Assembly: GCF_032444005.1 (NCBI RefSeq)
Contig: NC_091284.1
Coordinates: 725,152,001 to 725,216,000, forward strand
DNA length: 64,000 bases
Direction of reading: 5' to 3'
DNA from: Ranitomeya imitator
Lineage: Eukaryota
A model generated the notes under the pieces. The model was not told where the DNA came from, made no database searches, and worked only from the letters and a program-made list of their open reading frames with translations. The position numbers and the translations under genes are program-made. Below, piece by piece: positions 21,498 to 36,400 of this stretch. The number at the start of each line of letters is the position of its first letter. Position 1 is the stretch's first letter.

Positions 21498-21832
21498 ATA
21501 CCAGCACACTGGTTTTAGTGCTGGGAATCACCTCTCTTCACTGTTCCAAAAAGAGTTGACTTGAAAAAGGAAGCCCAATATGCCTCCAAATGAAAATCTA
21601 GAACTGTACAGAAGGGTGGCAGAGAAATATGTGGATGTATCATGATGCCATACTATATAGAGTTGTGTACATGAGCCTTGGCTATATTCAGTCAAGGTTG
21701 CCATTATTGAATCAGTTACAATGACTGCTGGATTGCTCCAGTGTTTGCTGGGTGAGACGGAAGTCACAACTCATTGTAAGTCTACGACAGCCTGAAGGAG
21801 GCCCTCATAAGCTCACACTGAGAGATAATGAC

Positions 21833-22520
21833 TAGTGATGGGCGAACTCCCGATGATCGGGATCGGCGGGTTCGCACGAGGTTTTTTGTAAAGTTCGAGC
21901 TCAGGGCCGGAGATGACGCGAACTTGTGTCCGAACCCCGAGCTTGGACTTTACAGATATGGGATGGGGCGGAAGGGGGGGCTGTAATACAAAGCATAAAA
22001 TTAATAATTAATTATAACATTATAATTATACTTACCAGTCCAGCGACGCATCCTCCCGTCCCGCTGTCTCATGGTCGCATCTACCTCCGTAGCCGCTCAT
22101 TAACTTCCTGGTTATTCACTCCACTGCTCGGCGCCTGACAATTTTCGGCCGGCGTCGGCAGTGTTAGTGCAGTGACGTCAGGGTTCACCCCAGTTCATGT
22201 CCCTAGCCATAACGTCACCGCACGAACACTGCCGGAAAAAGCCAAAGACTGCCAGTGCAGTGAATACTGCCGGAAGTTAATGAGCAGCCCCGGAAGCAGA
22301 TGCAGTCGAGAGACAGCCGAACGGGAGGACGCGTTGCTGGACAGGTAAGTATAATTATAATGTTTATTATTAATTTTATGCTTTTACAGGCCCTGGACCC
22401 GAACTGAACCTGAACTGTAACACGGGTTTCCCATGGAAACCCATGTTCGGGACCTTTTGCCCGAACACTATGTGTTCGGTACAGGTCCAGAACTTTATAG
22501 TTCGGGTTCGCCCATCCCTA
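21833..22520. mobile_element. hAT-type fold-back MITE
   Basis: TIR TAGTGATGGGCGAAC / GTTCGCCCATCCCTA; TSD ATAATGAC / ATTATGAC (7 of 8); long internal inverted repeat about 21985-22070 versus 22310-22385. Confidence 0.82.
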
Positions 22521-24715
22521 ATTATGACCATTATTTTTTTTACTTCCGGTCACTCAGAAGTTGTGGTCACAAGATGGCAGCGCAGGATCGGAGCGGCGCC
22601 ATGAAGAGTTGAAGACAACAGCTGTTAAATATAATACTAGAGGCAAGGAATTTGCGTTAGTGGTACCACTCCAGAACTGGAATAAAAAAAATGTTGGAGT
22701 CATGCTTTATTCCAGCTAGATTTTTTATGTGCATGTTTTTAGCTTCGTTATTGAAGCCTGTAAATAAAAACGCACTTAAAATATACAGTTTATCAGCATC
22801 TTTATGCGCACAGTGGGCGCGAGTTTTCATGAAATTACATCTACTTTCCTCAAACTGATAAATGCAGCAAATTTTATACACACGGAAAAAAAATCCAGCG
22901 TAAAAAAACACCGCCATTATACTACGTGGAAACATGACCTTAGCAACGGAATGAATATTTTTTGAAGTGATTGTACAAAACCACATTTCGATACCAACTG
23001 CCTATTCATTTCTAGCACAAGAATTGGATATGTATTGTATTGTGCTGGTGCCCTCCGTCCTCTACAGGACTCTTCATTTCCCCTAACTTTTGATCCCATG
23101 TTTTCTTGTCAGACATCCCTGACATGTCATTGTTTCGTCTCTCCTGTACCAGTTCCTGTTAATCTTGGTATGGTGGGGAGGTTTTGGGGGGAGGGGGTAT
23201 TATCATTGGCACACAGGGGCAGGCGGTGTTACTATGGAGATGAGCCATAAGATGGGTGTGGGATTAGTGTCCATCTGTCATTATGTGTGACCCTTCCTAA
23301 TAGGCCAGCCTCACATTAGACCCACGTTGCTGGCACACAGGCACACATACTTGCACGCACACATTTAGCTTTCATCTGCACTAAATAATCTTCCCGAGGA
23401 CATGTTGCAGATGGGACCTCATCTCCTGCCGGCTCCGTCTAATCAAGACAGAGATGACTCATTTTATTAAGAGCTGTAAATAAACCTACAGAAAATTAAT
23501 CACTAATGGCTTTGATTTGGGATTATTCTTGTGCACAAAGAATAGATTTCTTTCATCAGGTTTACAAAATGAGTCATAGTGAGGAACGGGACTTGAAACT
23601 ACGGGGACAATGGGCGCAACGTCTAAAATTCACAGTTATGGCAGGATTCACACATGAAAGTTTTTTGATTTTTAACACAAACCATAAAAATCAACCCAGC
23701 AGGAAGAAGAAGAATCAACCTTTCCTTTATGTTTTCCAATCCTTTTAAATGCATTTCTGGCTTTGGCCCAAAATTCTACATCAAGAAAATGCTTGTATAA
23801 TCCCAGCCTTAGGACTCTTTCAGGATTATTTTTTTTGCTTTTCGTGCCATGTTTTTTATTATAGAGATAGCTCACTAACCCACTACAATTAATGTGCCTT
23901 TTAACACTTCTTTTTTTTTTTTTTTTTGGCCCACCAGTTATCAAAGTAAGACATTATTTAGGGGAATTTTTCAGATATGTGTTAATAAAAATGTTATTTT
24001 TTTTCCATACAATAAAAACACATGGACCAAAAATTTAACTGGCACACTGAAAAAAAAAGGGAAATATTTTTCACATACTAGAAAAAAAAAACTGGCACGT
24101 AAATCCGGCATCAGGGTATATCGATGTCAAGTAAAAATAGTGACAAAAAATATATAACTCTTAAAACAATATAAGTTATTACAAACACTGGAAAGATTAG
24201 TACATTTTGGTGCACTTTTTGGCGTCCTGGGTTTAATTTCTACAAAATAAACATGCTCTAGCAATAGTATTTTTTCATGCATTTTACCTATAAATTTAGG
24301 AATATATCTGCATGGAACAATGCATGTATGTATAAAAAGGCACACAAAAAACTTGTAAAAAAAACGATGAATAAACCTGACAAAATGCTCCAAAAGGCTC
24401 ACTGGGGGCTTGTGGGTGTCTTTTTGGCCTTCCCATTAACTAGTAGTGTAAGTATTGAGCGTCTTCCTAGAGGAATATGGTAGAAGAATGTACATGTCAC
24501 TTCTTTTAAATGCTTAACATCTTTGAAAGCCTGAAGCATTTAAGAGATGCTCAAAGGTATAAACATGTAAACAGCAAGTCGTTTTGACATAAAAATGAAT
24601 AGTTCCATTTTCTTGACTGATTTTTTTTCCAACTCTTTTTCTGGCAAATTCCGCTAAAAAAAAAATGTAGGAAGAAAACACAGAGAGCGATTCATTAAGA
24701 TTAGTGTAGCGCTTC

Positions 24716-25827
24716 TATGGCGCCCCAGGGTCCTGGTCATCACAGTAGCATTGCTTTCCTCACGGGGAGAGTGATTTTATGCTTGAAGGCAAGAAGGGAT
24801 AACTGTAACCAGATAACCACAAGCATGCAACACATTCACACTCCAGGTCACCAGGGGGAGCTTTTGATCCTATTTAGTAGGTGACTCCCCATATATATTG
24901 TAGTCTGTAGGGAAAGTGAGTCAGTCTTGCCAGGACACAGACTGGATCAGTCTGAGGCAGAAGAGGGTTTATGGAGCTCTGTAGCCGCAGTGCAGCAGTT
25001 CCTGGAAAGACATTGAGAAAGCCAAATTGATTGCAGTGAACGTGCAGGAGAGCAAAGCACTGGAGAGGATACCAGGGGGAGACCAGCCCCGAGCAGGCTG
25101 CCTCCTTCTGAGGCGCAGAAACCGGTAGCCGGAACACTGAGGATCGTAAGGCCCTCCATGGCTTACATCAGAGACCAGCAGGACAGCTGAACTCCACGTT
25201 ACCTGTCCGCCTTAGTATCCAGGAGGCACGGTGACACCCTAAGAGGCTGGGGCGTGCTAGAGTCCCTATAAACTGCCTCAAGTCACCAGTCATACGGGTC
25301 ATGTCCTATCCTATATGGGGGACAGAGAGAACAATAAAACACCTGTGAGGACCTTACTTGAAGCCCTAGGCAGTAAGGGACTACAACACCATTGCTCTAG
25401 AGGAAGGCTTTGATTTCCACCTGGGTAAGGGGACTCCTAACTTGCCTCCAAGCCGGCTGGACTCTACCTGCCCTGTAATCTGGTGCCCTGGACTGTGGCT
25501 GCCTGAAGACTTCAGTAAACAAGGTAAAGAGACTGCAAACCTGTGTCTCGTTCTTCACTGCACCTCTCACCATCTTCCATCTACACACCAGGAGCCCTGG
25601 GGATACACTTCACCTATGGGAAGGTATGGCATCTAGCTGCCATAACATCACCCCAGAGGACCCCTTAAAGCAGCGTCGGTCCCCACTGACCGAGTACCAC
25701 AGGTGCCGTCACGAACATAAACTTTATTCCCTTTAAAGACCTTTCCCTTTTACATCGCCACCGTGACATCCCCCTGTGAACGCAGGACCCGGTACCGAGT
25801 ACCCCACGGCCCTGGTGGGGCGACTCA
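24716..25827. mobile_element. Solo LTR, probably Gypsy class
   Basis: TATGGCGCCCC...GGGGCGACTCA termini, 4-bp TSD CTTC on both sides; diverged inverted homologue at 30120-31247. Confidence 0.65.
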
Positions 25828-27269
25828 CTTCTTGGAGTACATTAAATGGCATGCATCACATGGATCTAATCAGGTATATCTGATAACGTGCGCTGGGGCT
25901 GGGGTATATTCCTGGAGTAACTTTCACCACTTTAGTAGCGTAAATCATTATTTGATGGGTGGATGTGACCACACCCCGTACTGCTCATGCTATGCCCATA
26001 CTAGCGTAGTTGGCAGGGACTGGTGTATAAACACAAAAAAAAGTAATATTTTTTGCACAACTGCTGTATTGCGCAAAAATATTGCGACTTATTAAGGTGC
26101 TTTTGCCAGATTCAGCCCCACTGGGTGAACATGATATTCTTAGACAGCAGCACCCGGCCCGATCGTAGGTCTCCTGACTTGATAACTTACCCTCTTAATT
26201 TAAAGGGAGTTTCTAGGTTTTATTATAAATTTCTAATCACCTAAAATCCAAAAATATTAAGTCAAGCACACGCCTGTCTATGGGTTGCGTCCGATATTTC
26301 AGGTCATCTTCATTAACGTGAACACAGTTGTAAAACCTCACACTTGTTGTTTTTGGCCAATAGAAGGCCCATGTCTAATCCCGGAAATCCCATTTAACAA
26401 CAGAATCGTCTTATTTTTGATTATTGCTTACAGCAGTAAATCTTGACCTATAACACATATACTAGGGGCACTGACATCTTCACTTGAGTGACAGCTGTTT
26501 TTGCTGTAAAATATGTGAGCAATGGAGTTGGCATCTCCTCTTCCAGCAAACCTTCAGGCATAGATATATGTCTATATAATTAATCTGTCTTCATAAACAC
26601 ATTACTGGAAGAAAAAAAAAGAAGAATGTTCGCCTACAATGTGCAATTTTATTTTCTCATCTTTGAGATGTGTGCAATTACAGTAGTTACAATGTAGTTG
26701 CAATGACAGGAGATAATATGTAACTGAGAGAAGCAGCACACATAACTCCAGCTTCTGTGCCACGGATGGCCTGTGTATCAGCTCACAATTCAGTCCAGCA
26801 GCGCAACCAAGTGTCAGTCATCAGGAGTGTGGCGGGAGACTAGGGAGTGGGGTGCTTCTGAACTGACAAGGTAAGAACCACCCTGTGCAATCCTAGAGCA
26901 GCCTAATGTAAGAAAAGATACCCTGATTCCAGCGATGTGTCACTTATTCACTGCTTTGCTGTAGTTTCATTAAAATCACTGCTATATCAAGAGAAAATTA
27001 TCACTAGAGGACTAGTTAACCTGCTGCCGCTTAGTCCCCCATATTTATGAGCTCTGTAAAACCCCACCCCCACATTTTATTGGCAGCTTTCTGTCTATGC
27101 CTCGCAGAAAGCTGCCAATCAGTGGTGTGGGCGGGGTTATACCGAGCTCAGCATTCAGAGAACTGCTAGATCTGCAGCAGATAAAAAAGGGATTTTATCA
27201 AAACTGAATCTAGCAGCCCAGTAAGTGAAACATCACTGGAATCATTATCTTGGTCTCTAGCGTATATGC

Positions 27270-28715
27270 TGTAGCGTAGCATAGGGCGGTAGCCGTGGGT
27301 GAGGTACTCATTTTCCATGCCCCGGCATCCTACATGAAAATGGGAGTAATGGTTGGGCGTGTGTGTGGACTTTGACTATCTCGGCAATTCGCCTCTGCAG
27401 ACCACATGCTGCTGTTTTACTTTACTGGATAACTTAGTAGGAACTATGTACAGCAGGTACAAGGCATACAGTACATCTTCATGGACGTTTCCTTTGTAAC
27501 ACGGAACATCATCACACACATTTACTTCAATTCTGGATTCGCTCCTGTCTTTCTCCGTTACTATCTCTTCTCTTAATACAGCCCAGCACACTATCGGGGG
27601 CTTCCCTCATTCTCAATAACGGCACTACAGTCTAGTAAGCGAGAGTCCTAAGCTACAACTCATGACATTGCGTCCTTCTCTCCGTAGGAGAGTTTCTGTG
27701 CCAATATGGTGGCTACTTAGTTTCATTTGCTATTGATGCCACCAAACTACCATGCAGGGCATTTTCTCTCTTCTTTTAGCTTCCCTTTCCCTTTTATGTT
27801 CCGTTACCTTTCCGGTTGTAAAGTTCATACCATCCTGCTAGACTTCCTTCCTCAGGCCCCAACACTTGTTCCATCTTTGTATTGCTACTCGCTTCTCTTT
27901 GAGTTGTCTTTACTCTGCAGAGTCTTACTATCTGCCTAACTGGTCTCCCTCTTGCCACAGGGACACCCACTACATGCGGTTCTGCTGACTAGCCAGACTT
28001 GGGGTCTGCTACAGCTGCAAGCTGGGCCCTATCCCATCTTTTGCCAGGATGTCTTCCCCTGTCTTTTCACATAGCCCCTCCCAGCTAGTCACAGCTGTTA
28101 ACTCTGTCAGTGCCTACTCACTACAGTAAATGTGTAAAATAATACATTATATCAACAAAAATTATTAAAGGAGTGTGGGCAGCATGTCTACCTTCTTAGG
28201 CTACTTTCACACATCAGGTTTTTTGCATCAGGCACAATCCGGCGAATGTTGGAAAAACCGGATCCGGCGCAGATTGTGAAAAACTGATGCGACGGATCCA
28301 TTTTTTCAACGGATCCGGCTAGCATATCTAGATTATTGGATAAAAAAAATTTTGGAGCATGCTCAGTTTCAAAAACCAGAATCCGGCACCGGAATCCGTC
28401 ATTTTCTGAATCTGGCACCTTCCGGCTCCCATAGGCTTCCATTCTAGCAAACAGCCGGAAGCGCTGGATGCTGCGCTTCCGGCTTTTTTGCCGGAGACAA
28501 AAAACGTTGCTATGAACATTTTTTCCAGGAAACGGCAGATTTGCCGGATCCGGCGAAAACCGGACAAAACGCAATGTCATCCAGCGCAATCCGGCACTAA
28601 TGCAAATCTATGGGAAAAAACTGGATCCGGCGGCAACATTTGCCGGATCCATTTTTTGAAATTTAGCCGGATTTAGTCTGATAGCGAAAACCTGATGTGT
28701 GAAAGTAGCCTTACA
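27270..28715. mobile_element. Tentative solo-LTR-like insertion splitting a Kolobok-type MITE; itself contains a Harbinger MITE
   Basis: The host MITE sequence (compare 44650-44744) is interrupted here; TGTAG...TTACA ends; ATTAAA near the right end; CTGT at both junctions, but the left junction is ambiguous. Confidence 0.35.
28199..28710. mobile_element. PIF/Harbinger-type MITE
   Basis: Perfect TIR GGCTACTTTCACACATCAGGTTTT, TTA on both sides, many internal CCGGATCCGG-like palindromes. Confidence 0.85.
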
Positions 28716-30119
28716 CTGTTCTCAGATGGAGTACCAAAAACATGGTGATAGATTCCCTTTAAGCTCCATACCAAGATCACCAGAAACTGGACAGACTTTG
28801 CATAAACATCCACACTTTTGTGATTCAATCACAGGAATGCAGAATCAGAACTGTTGTTTAGCATGACTGTAAGCTCTTGCATGCAAATATTTTGAAGTGT
28901 ATGCCCCCTCCGTCTACCATGTGCTGTTACTAGGTTGTTGTTACCTCATCTGAGAGCAGCATAATGTAGGAAACGAGACTCTGATTCCAGAGATGTATCA
29001 CTTAATTTACTAGGTGCAGCAGCTGTGGCACAGAGTTTTTAGATGTAACATGAAGCAGAGCTCAGAAAGCTAGCCCCGCCCACATCACAGCTTTCTGTGT
29101 ACATGGTCTATTGACAGTGAGCTTCTTATCAGAGGAGGGGCGTGGTCAGACCAGAAATCAGTGCTGCTGTAGTCCAGCAATGATAATCTCCTGCTGATAA
29201 AACATTGATTGTAGGTAAACAACACAATACCTAATAAGTGACACATCTCTGCATTCCGTGTTTTAACCCCTACATCATACTGTCCTTGGATTACATGGCA
29301 AAAAGCGTCTGACAAGTTCCTTTTAAAGGAATCCTGTCAAGTAAATTTACCGAAAAATGTATTATCAGCGTTTCATCAGGCTCCTAATAATAGTTTTAAG
29401 GATGCCTTTATTGTACCTACCTGTTAGTGCAGTGTGCGTAAAAATACTGTTCAGTCTTGGCTCACTTGAACCCAGACTAGTCTGTCACTTCCCTGCAGGT
29501 CGCTAATATCACGCCCACAGCAGCATGATTGACATATCCACGTGTGCAGGGAGAACAGTAAGGAGGAGAACAAGTCCCTTCTTGCACATTCTGCTTTGTA
29601 AATTACGCTGCTGTTTGCATGACACCAGCGGCTGCAGGGACGTGTGATGGCTCTCCCAGACTAGTGAGACTACATAGACGCCAGGATTACGCATTAGTTT
29701 TCGGGCTCGTTAAGACAAGCACATTATACGGACATGTGCTGCTCGTGTCAAAATCGGACACCACACTGACCAGTGTAATTCGGTAGGGATGTTCAGATCA
29801 TTTAGATGAGACTTGCCCATTCAAGTCTATGCGGGTGCAAAAAAAATCGAATCCCATACAGATCATCCATATAGCATCAGATTTGTATGGATACATTGCA
29901 CATACTAAGCTAGAAAACTGTATTTGATTGTGGACACTTTACACTGCTGCTATTTAAATACATATGTCACACGGATGGAGGAAACGGATACATTGATGAC
30001 ACAGATGGAATACGGATGACAATAGCTCCAGTTTTCTGGATAAAAATTAGAGGATTTTTCATATACTCATAAGAACCCGATCTTACACACCACCCTATGG
30101 CAATGTTCACATAAGCATT

Positions 30120-31247
30120 TGAGTCGCCCACCAGGGCAATGGGGATACTCGGTATCGGGTCCGGTCGCTCTTAAAGCGGATGTCACGGTGGCTGCGACCC
30201 GGTCCGTGGCCCTGGGCACTCAATAAAAGGGGAAAGGTCTTTAAAGGGAGTTTGGTAATAAAGTCTATTCGTGATGCCACCTGTGGTTCTCGGTCAGTGG
30301 GACAGACACTGCTTAAAGGGGTCCTCTGGGGTGATGTTGTTGCAGCAAAATGGTGACGCTTCCCACAGGTGAAGCGGGGTCCCCAGGGCTCCCAAAGTAT
30401 ATGGCAAAGATGGTGGATGCCGGCAAATAAGTGGAGGACACAGAGTTGTTAAGTCTTTACCTGGTTTACTGGTAGGAGCAGTCCAAAGTCCAGGGTACCA
30501 GGCACGGGTGATGATGTGGTCCATCCGGCTTCGAGGCAAAGGTGATCCCTCTCCCAGGTGAGGTCCATAAGCCTTCCTACTGCGCTAATATGCGAGGTCT
30601 CCGCTGCCTGTAGCTTGCTGGCAAGTCCTCTGACTCCGGTCCTATAACAGGTACCCATATGATGGGCAACTTGAGCCGTTTTACAGGGTCTCTATCACGA
30701 CCCGGGCTCTTCAGGTGCTGCTTCACCTCCAGGTGTGGTGTGGGCATATCACATACAGTTCTAAGCCCTCCGATTCTGCTTAGTGTCCTAGAGTCCCACA
30801 ACAGCCTCGGGCTCCCGGTGCCCGATTTCTGCGCTTCGGCTGTGAGGGTGCCCGGTCACAGTTCCCCTCTGAGCCCTTTTTTCACTTCTGTGCTCCTTCC
30901 CTCAATGGCTCCACTACATAAAACAACCCCTCGGGTTCTTGTCCTTTCTTGGAGCTGAAGCTCAGTCCTGGCTGCACGGCACCATAGTCTGCACTCTGCT
31001 CCAGACTTCTTTCTCCTCAGTGTCTCTCTCCAGCTAACCTAACTCCTACTCCAGACCAGAATACTTAAACCTGAGGGAAGCTCCCCTGAATCCGGGTCCT
31101 GAGCTCCCCCTTCTGGCCTGGATTCAGAATTTGTTGTGTGTAGGTGCTTACCTGGTAAAGAGAATCCTCCTTGCCTCCAAGCATGATATCGCCCTTCCCA
31201 AAAGGAAGGCAACATCACTGTAACAACCGGTTACCTTGGGTGTTACA
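30120..31247. mobile_element. Solo LTR, same family as 24716-25827, opposite orientation
   Basis: TGAGTCGCCC...GGGTGTTACA; flanks CATT / CATA; shares blocks such as GGGG(A)TACTCGGTA and AAAGGTCTTTAAAGGG with the reverse complement of the other copy. Confidence 0.62.
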
Positions 31248-32269
31248 CATATACAACAATTTCATCTAGATTCTCATCTAGGAAAAACCGATGATTTTTG
31301 TTATTTGCATTGTCATCCATATGGCATTTGTATTTATATATCAGCAGTTACTAATTGACAAGAACAGACACAGTTGTCTGCAATGTATCCATAAAAATAA
31401 CATGCTACAACCATGATCTGTATGGAATCCAATTTTTCATGCGTATCAATAGACATGAATTAGGCAAGTTTCACCCAAAATACAGAAGAGAATAGTGCAT
31501 GTTGTGATTTGTTTCACTTAGATATTCAGACTGTGCAAGAAAAAAGGTTATCTGGGCGACCCTACTGAATAACATTGGTCCGAGTGCTCTGAAGCGTTTC
31601 AAGGACAGCACTGGTACATGGAAATCATGGGGCCCCATAGCAGAAGTTCTAATTGCCCCCCACCCCCAAAAAATATTTATATTTGTAGGGGTCACACAAG
31701 ACCATAGCTCACAACTTTGCAGTCTTTACAAAGTTATTTTACGCCTCCTGAAGTCCCATATTCCTCTTTCATTGCCCCCATAAAGCATGATGAAGTGCCT
31801 CCGAAGCACAGTATGATACCCTCATGGTAAATTCCTCCACATTAGCCTCCACGTATAATGACCTACTGTATCCCATAACAACTCCCAAGGTAAAGTATGG
31901 TGACCTTAACACAGTATGATCCCCCAACTGTGACCCCCCACACAGCCCTCCAATGACTCTAATGGACCTACATACAGTATGATGGCCCATATTTCTCCAC
32001 CCTGTATAATGGCCTGCATTAGCCCTCCATGCAATATAATGCCCCCCACATAACCCTCCACACAGTATACTGGACCCCACAGAAACCTTCACTCTGTATA
32101 ATTGCTTGCATACAGTATAACGGCCCATACTTCTCCACACTGAATAAAGGCCTGCATTAGCCCTCCACACAGAAAAATAGACCCCCACATAGCCCTCCAT
32201 ATATTATAATGGCTCCACATAGTCCTTCACATAATAAAATGCCCCCCCCCATATAATCCTCCATATAGT

Positions 32270-33472
32270 ATAATACTATCCCCATGGTCATCCATAGAAT
32301 ATAATGCACTCCCCATGGTCCTCTATAGAATATAATGCTCTCTCCATGGTTCGCCATAAAATATGATGCTCTCTCCATGGTTCCCCATAGAAAAAAACAA
32401 TGCTCTCTCCACGGTCCTCCATAGAATATAATGCACTCCCCATGGTCCTCCATATAATATAATGCTATTTCCATGGTTCTCCATAGAATAAAATACACTC
32501 TCCATGGTCCTCTATAGAATATAATGCTCTCTCCATGGTTCCCCATAGAATATAATACTCCAGGGTCCTCCATAGAATATAATGCTCTCTCCATGGTCCT
32601 CCATACTATATAATGCTCTCTCCATGGTCCTTTATGGAATATAATGCTCTCTCCATGGTCCTCCATAGAATATAATCCTCTCTCCATGGTTCCCCATAGA
32701 ATATAATACTCTCTCCATGGTCCTCCATATAATATAATGCACTCCCCATGGTCCTCTATAGAACATAATGCTCTCCCCATGGTCCTCCATAGAACATAAT
32801 GCACTCCCCATGGTCCTCTATAGAATATAATGCTCTCTCCATGGTTCGCCATAAAATATGATGCTCTCTCCATGGTTCCCCATAGAAAAAAACAATGCTC
32901 TCTCCACGGTCCTCCATAGAATTTAATGCACTCCCCATGGTCCTCCATAGAATATAATGCTATTTCCATGGTTCTCCATAGAATAAAATACACTCTCCAT
33001 GGCCCTCTATAGAATATAATGCACTCTCCATGGTCCTCTATAGAATATAATGCTCTCTCCATGGTTCCCCATAGAATATAATACTCTCTCCATGGTCCTC
33101 CAAAGAATATAATGCACTCCCCATTGTCCTCCATAGAATATAATGCACTCTCCATGGTCCTCCATAGAATATAATGCTCTCTCCATGGTTCCCCATAGAA
33201 TATAATGCTCTCTCCATGGTCCTCCATAGAATATAATGCTCTCTCCATGGTCCCCCGTAGAATATAATGCTCTCCCCATGGTCCTCCATAGAATATAATG
33301 CAATCCCCATGGTCCTCCATAGAATATAATGCACACCCCAGGGTCCTCCATAGAATATAATGCTCTCTGCCTGGTCCTCCATAGAATTTAATGCTCTCTC
33401 CATGGTTCCCCATGGAATATAATGCTCTCTCCATGGTCCTCCATAGAATATAATGCTCTCTCCATGGTCCTC
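32270..33472. repeat. 31-bp minisatellite, left part (CCATAGAATATAATGCTCTCTCCATGGTCCT)n
   Basis: Direct inspection; grades leftward into degenerate units from about 31790; interrupted by Gypsy-1. Confidence 0.95.
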
Positions 33473-36400
33473 TGTTATGATAGGCAATTCAGGAACACAA
33501 TGTAAATAGCGATCAGAGCACACACAGTGATCTGACAACAACCCAAAATAATAGAACGAGCTCTGAGACGTGGGAACTCTGTAGACCGCAATTCCTAATC
33601 CTCTCCAAACACAACTAGAGGCAGCTGTGGATTGCGCCTAACGCTCCCTATGCAACTCGGCACAGCCTGAGAAACTGACTAGCCTGAAGATAGAAAAATA
33701 AGCCTACCTTGCCTCAGAGAAATACCCCAAAGGAAAAGGCAGCCTCCCACATATAATGACTGTGAGTAAGATGAAAAGACAAACATAGGGATGAAATAGA
33801 TTCAGCAAAGTGAGGCCCGATATTCTAGACAGAACGAGGATAGGAAAGATAACTTTGCGGTCTACACAAAACCCTAAAGAAAACCACGCAAAGGGGGCAA
33901 AAAGACCCTCCGTACCGAACTAACGGCACGGAGGTACACCCCTTGCGTCCCAGAGCTTCCAGCAAAACAAATAGACAAGCTGGACAGAAAAAATAGCAAC
34001 AAATAGCAAAGAAGCACTTAGCTATGCAGAGCAGCAGGCCACAGGAATGATCCAGAGAAACACAAGTCCTACACTGGAACATTGACAGGAAGCATGAATC
34101 AAAGCATTAGGTGGAGTTAAGTAGAGAAGCAGCTAATGACCTCACCAGATCACCTGAGGGAGGAAACTCAGAAGCTGCAGTACCACTTTCCTCCACAAAC
34201 GGAAGCTCCCAGAGAGAATCAGCCGAAGTACCACTTGTGACCACAGGAGTGAACTCTGCCACAGAATTCACAACAGTACCCCCCCCCCTTGAGGAGGGGT
34301 CACCGAACCCTCACCAGAGCCCCCACGCCGACCAGGAGCCACATGAAAGGCACGAACAAGATCGGGAGCATGGACATCAGAGGCAAAAACCCAGGAATTA
34401 TCTTCCTGAGCATAACCCTTCCATTTAACCAGATACTGGAGTTTCCGTCTTGAAACACGAGAATCCAAAATCTTCTCCACAATATACTCCAATTCCCCCT
34501 CCACCAAAACCGGGGCAGGAGGGTCAACAGATGGAACCATAGGTGCCACGTATCTCCGCAACAATGACCTATGGAATACGTTATGTATGGAAAAAGAATC
34601 TGGGAGAATCAGACGAAAAGACACAGGATTAAGAACCTCAGAAATCCTATACGGACCAATAAAACGAGGTTTAAACTTAGGAGAGGAAACCTTCATAGGA
34701 ATATGACGAGAAGATAACCAAACCAGATCCCCAACACGAAGTCGGGGACCCACACGGCGTCTGCGATTAGCGAAAAGTTGAGCCTTCTCCTGGGACAAGG
34801 TCAAATTGTCCACTACCTGAGTCCAAATCTGCTGCAACCTGTCCACCACAGTATCCACACCAGGACAGTCCGAAGACTCAACCTGTCCTGAAGAGAAACG
34901 AGGATGGAACCCAGAATTGCAGAAAAACGGTGAAACCAGGGTAGCCGAGCTGGCCCGATTATTAAGGGCGAACTCAGCCAAAGGCAAAAAGGACACCCAG
35001 TCATCCTGATCAGCAGAAACAAAGCATCTCAGATATGTTTCCAAGGTCTGATTGGTTCGTTCGGTCTGGCCATTAGTCTGAGGATGGAAAGCTGAGGAAA
35101 AAGACAAGTCAATGCCCATCCTACCACAAAAGGCTCGCCAAAACCTCGAAACAAACTGGGAACCTCTGTCAGAAACAATATTCTCTGGAATGCCATGCAA
35201 ACGAACCACATGCTGGAAGAACAATGGCACCAAATCAGAGGAGGAAGGCAATTTAGACAAGGGTACCAGATGGACCATCTTAGAAAAGCGATCACAGACC
35301 ACCCAAATGACTGACATCTTTTGAGAAACGGGAAGGTCAGAAATAAAATCCATAGAGATATGTGTCCAAGGCCTCTTCGGGACCGGCAAGGGCAAAAGCA
35401 ACCCACTGGCACGAGAACAGCAGGGCTTAGCCCGAGCACAAATCCCACAGGACTGCACAAAAGTACGCACATCCCGCGACAGAGACGGCCACCAAAAGGA
35501 TCTAGCCACTAACTCTCTGGTACCAAAGATTCCAGGATGACCAGCCAACACCGAACAATGAAGTTCAGAGATAACTCTATTCGTCCACCTATCAGGGACA
35601 AACAGTTTCTCCGCTGGGCAACGATCAGGTTTATTAGCCTGAAATTTTTGCAGCACCCGCCGCAAATCAGGGGAGATAGCAGACACAATTACTCCTTCCT
35701 TGAGGATACCCGCCGGCTCAGATAAACCCGGAGAGTCGGGCACAAAACTCCTAGACAGAGCATCCGCCTTCACATTTTTAGAGCCCGGAAGGTACGAAAT
35801 CACAAAGTCAAAATGGGCAAAAAACAACGACCAACGAGCTTGTCTAGGATTCAAGCGCTTGGCAGACTCGAGATAAGTCAAGTTCTTATGATCAGTCAAT
35901 ACCACCACGCGATGCTTAGCTCCTTCAAGCCAATGACGCCACTCCTCGAATGCCCACTTCATGGCCAGCAACTCTCGGTTGCCCACATCATAATTTCGCT
36001 CAGCAGGCGAAAACTTCCTGGAAAAGAAAGCGCATGGTTTCATCACTGAGCAATCAGAACCTCTCTGCGACAAAACAGCCCCTGCTCCAATCTCAGAAGC
36101 ATCAACCTCGACCTGAAACGGAAGAGAAACATCTGGTTGACACAACACAGGGGCAGAAGAAAAACGACGCTTCAACTCTTGAAAAGCTTCCACAGCAGCA
36201 GAAGACCAATTGACCAAATCAGCACCCTTGGTCAAATCGGTCAATCGTTTAGCAATACTAGAGAAATTGCAGATGAAGCGACGATAAAAATTAGCAAAGC
36301 CCAGGAACTTTTGCAGACTTTTCAGAGATGTCGGCTGAGTCCAATCATGGATGGCCTGGACCTTAACAGGATCCATCTCGATCGTAGAAGGGGAAAAGAT

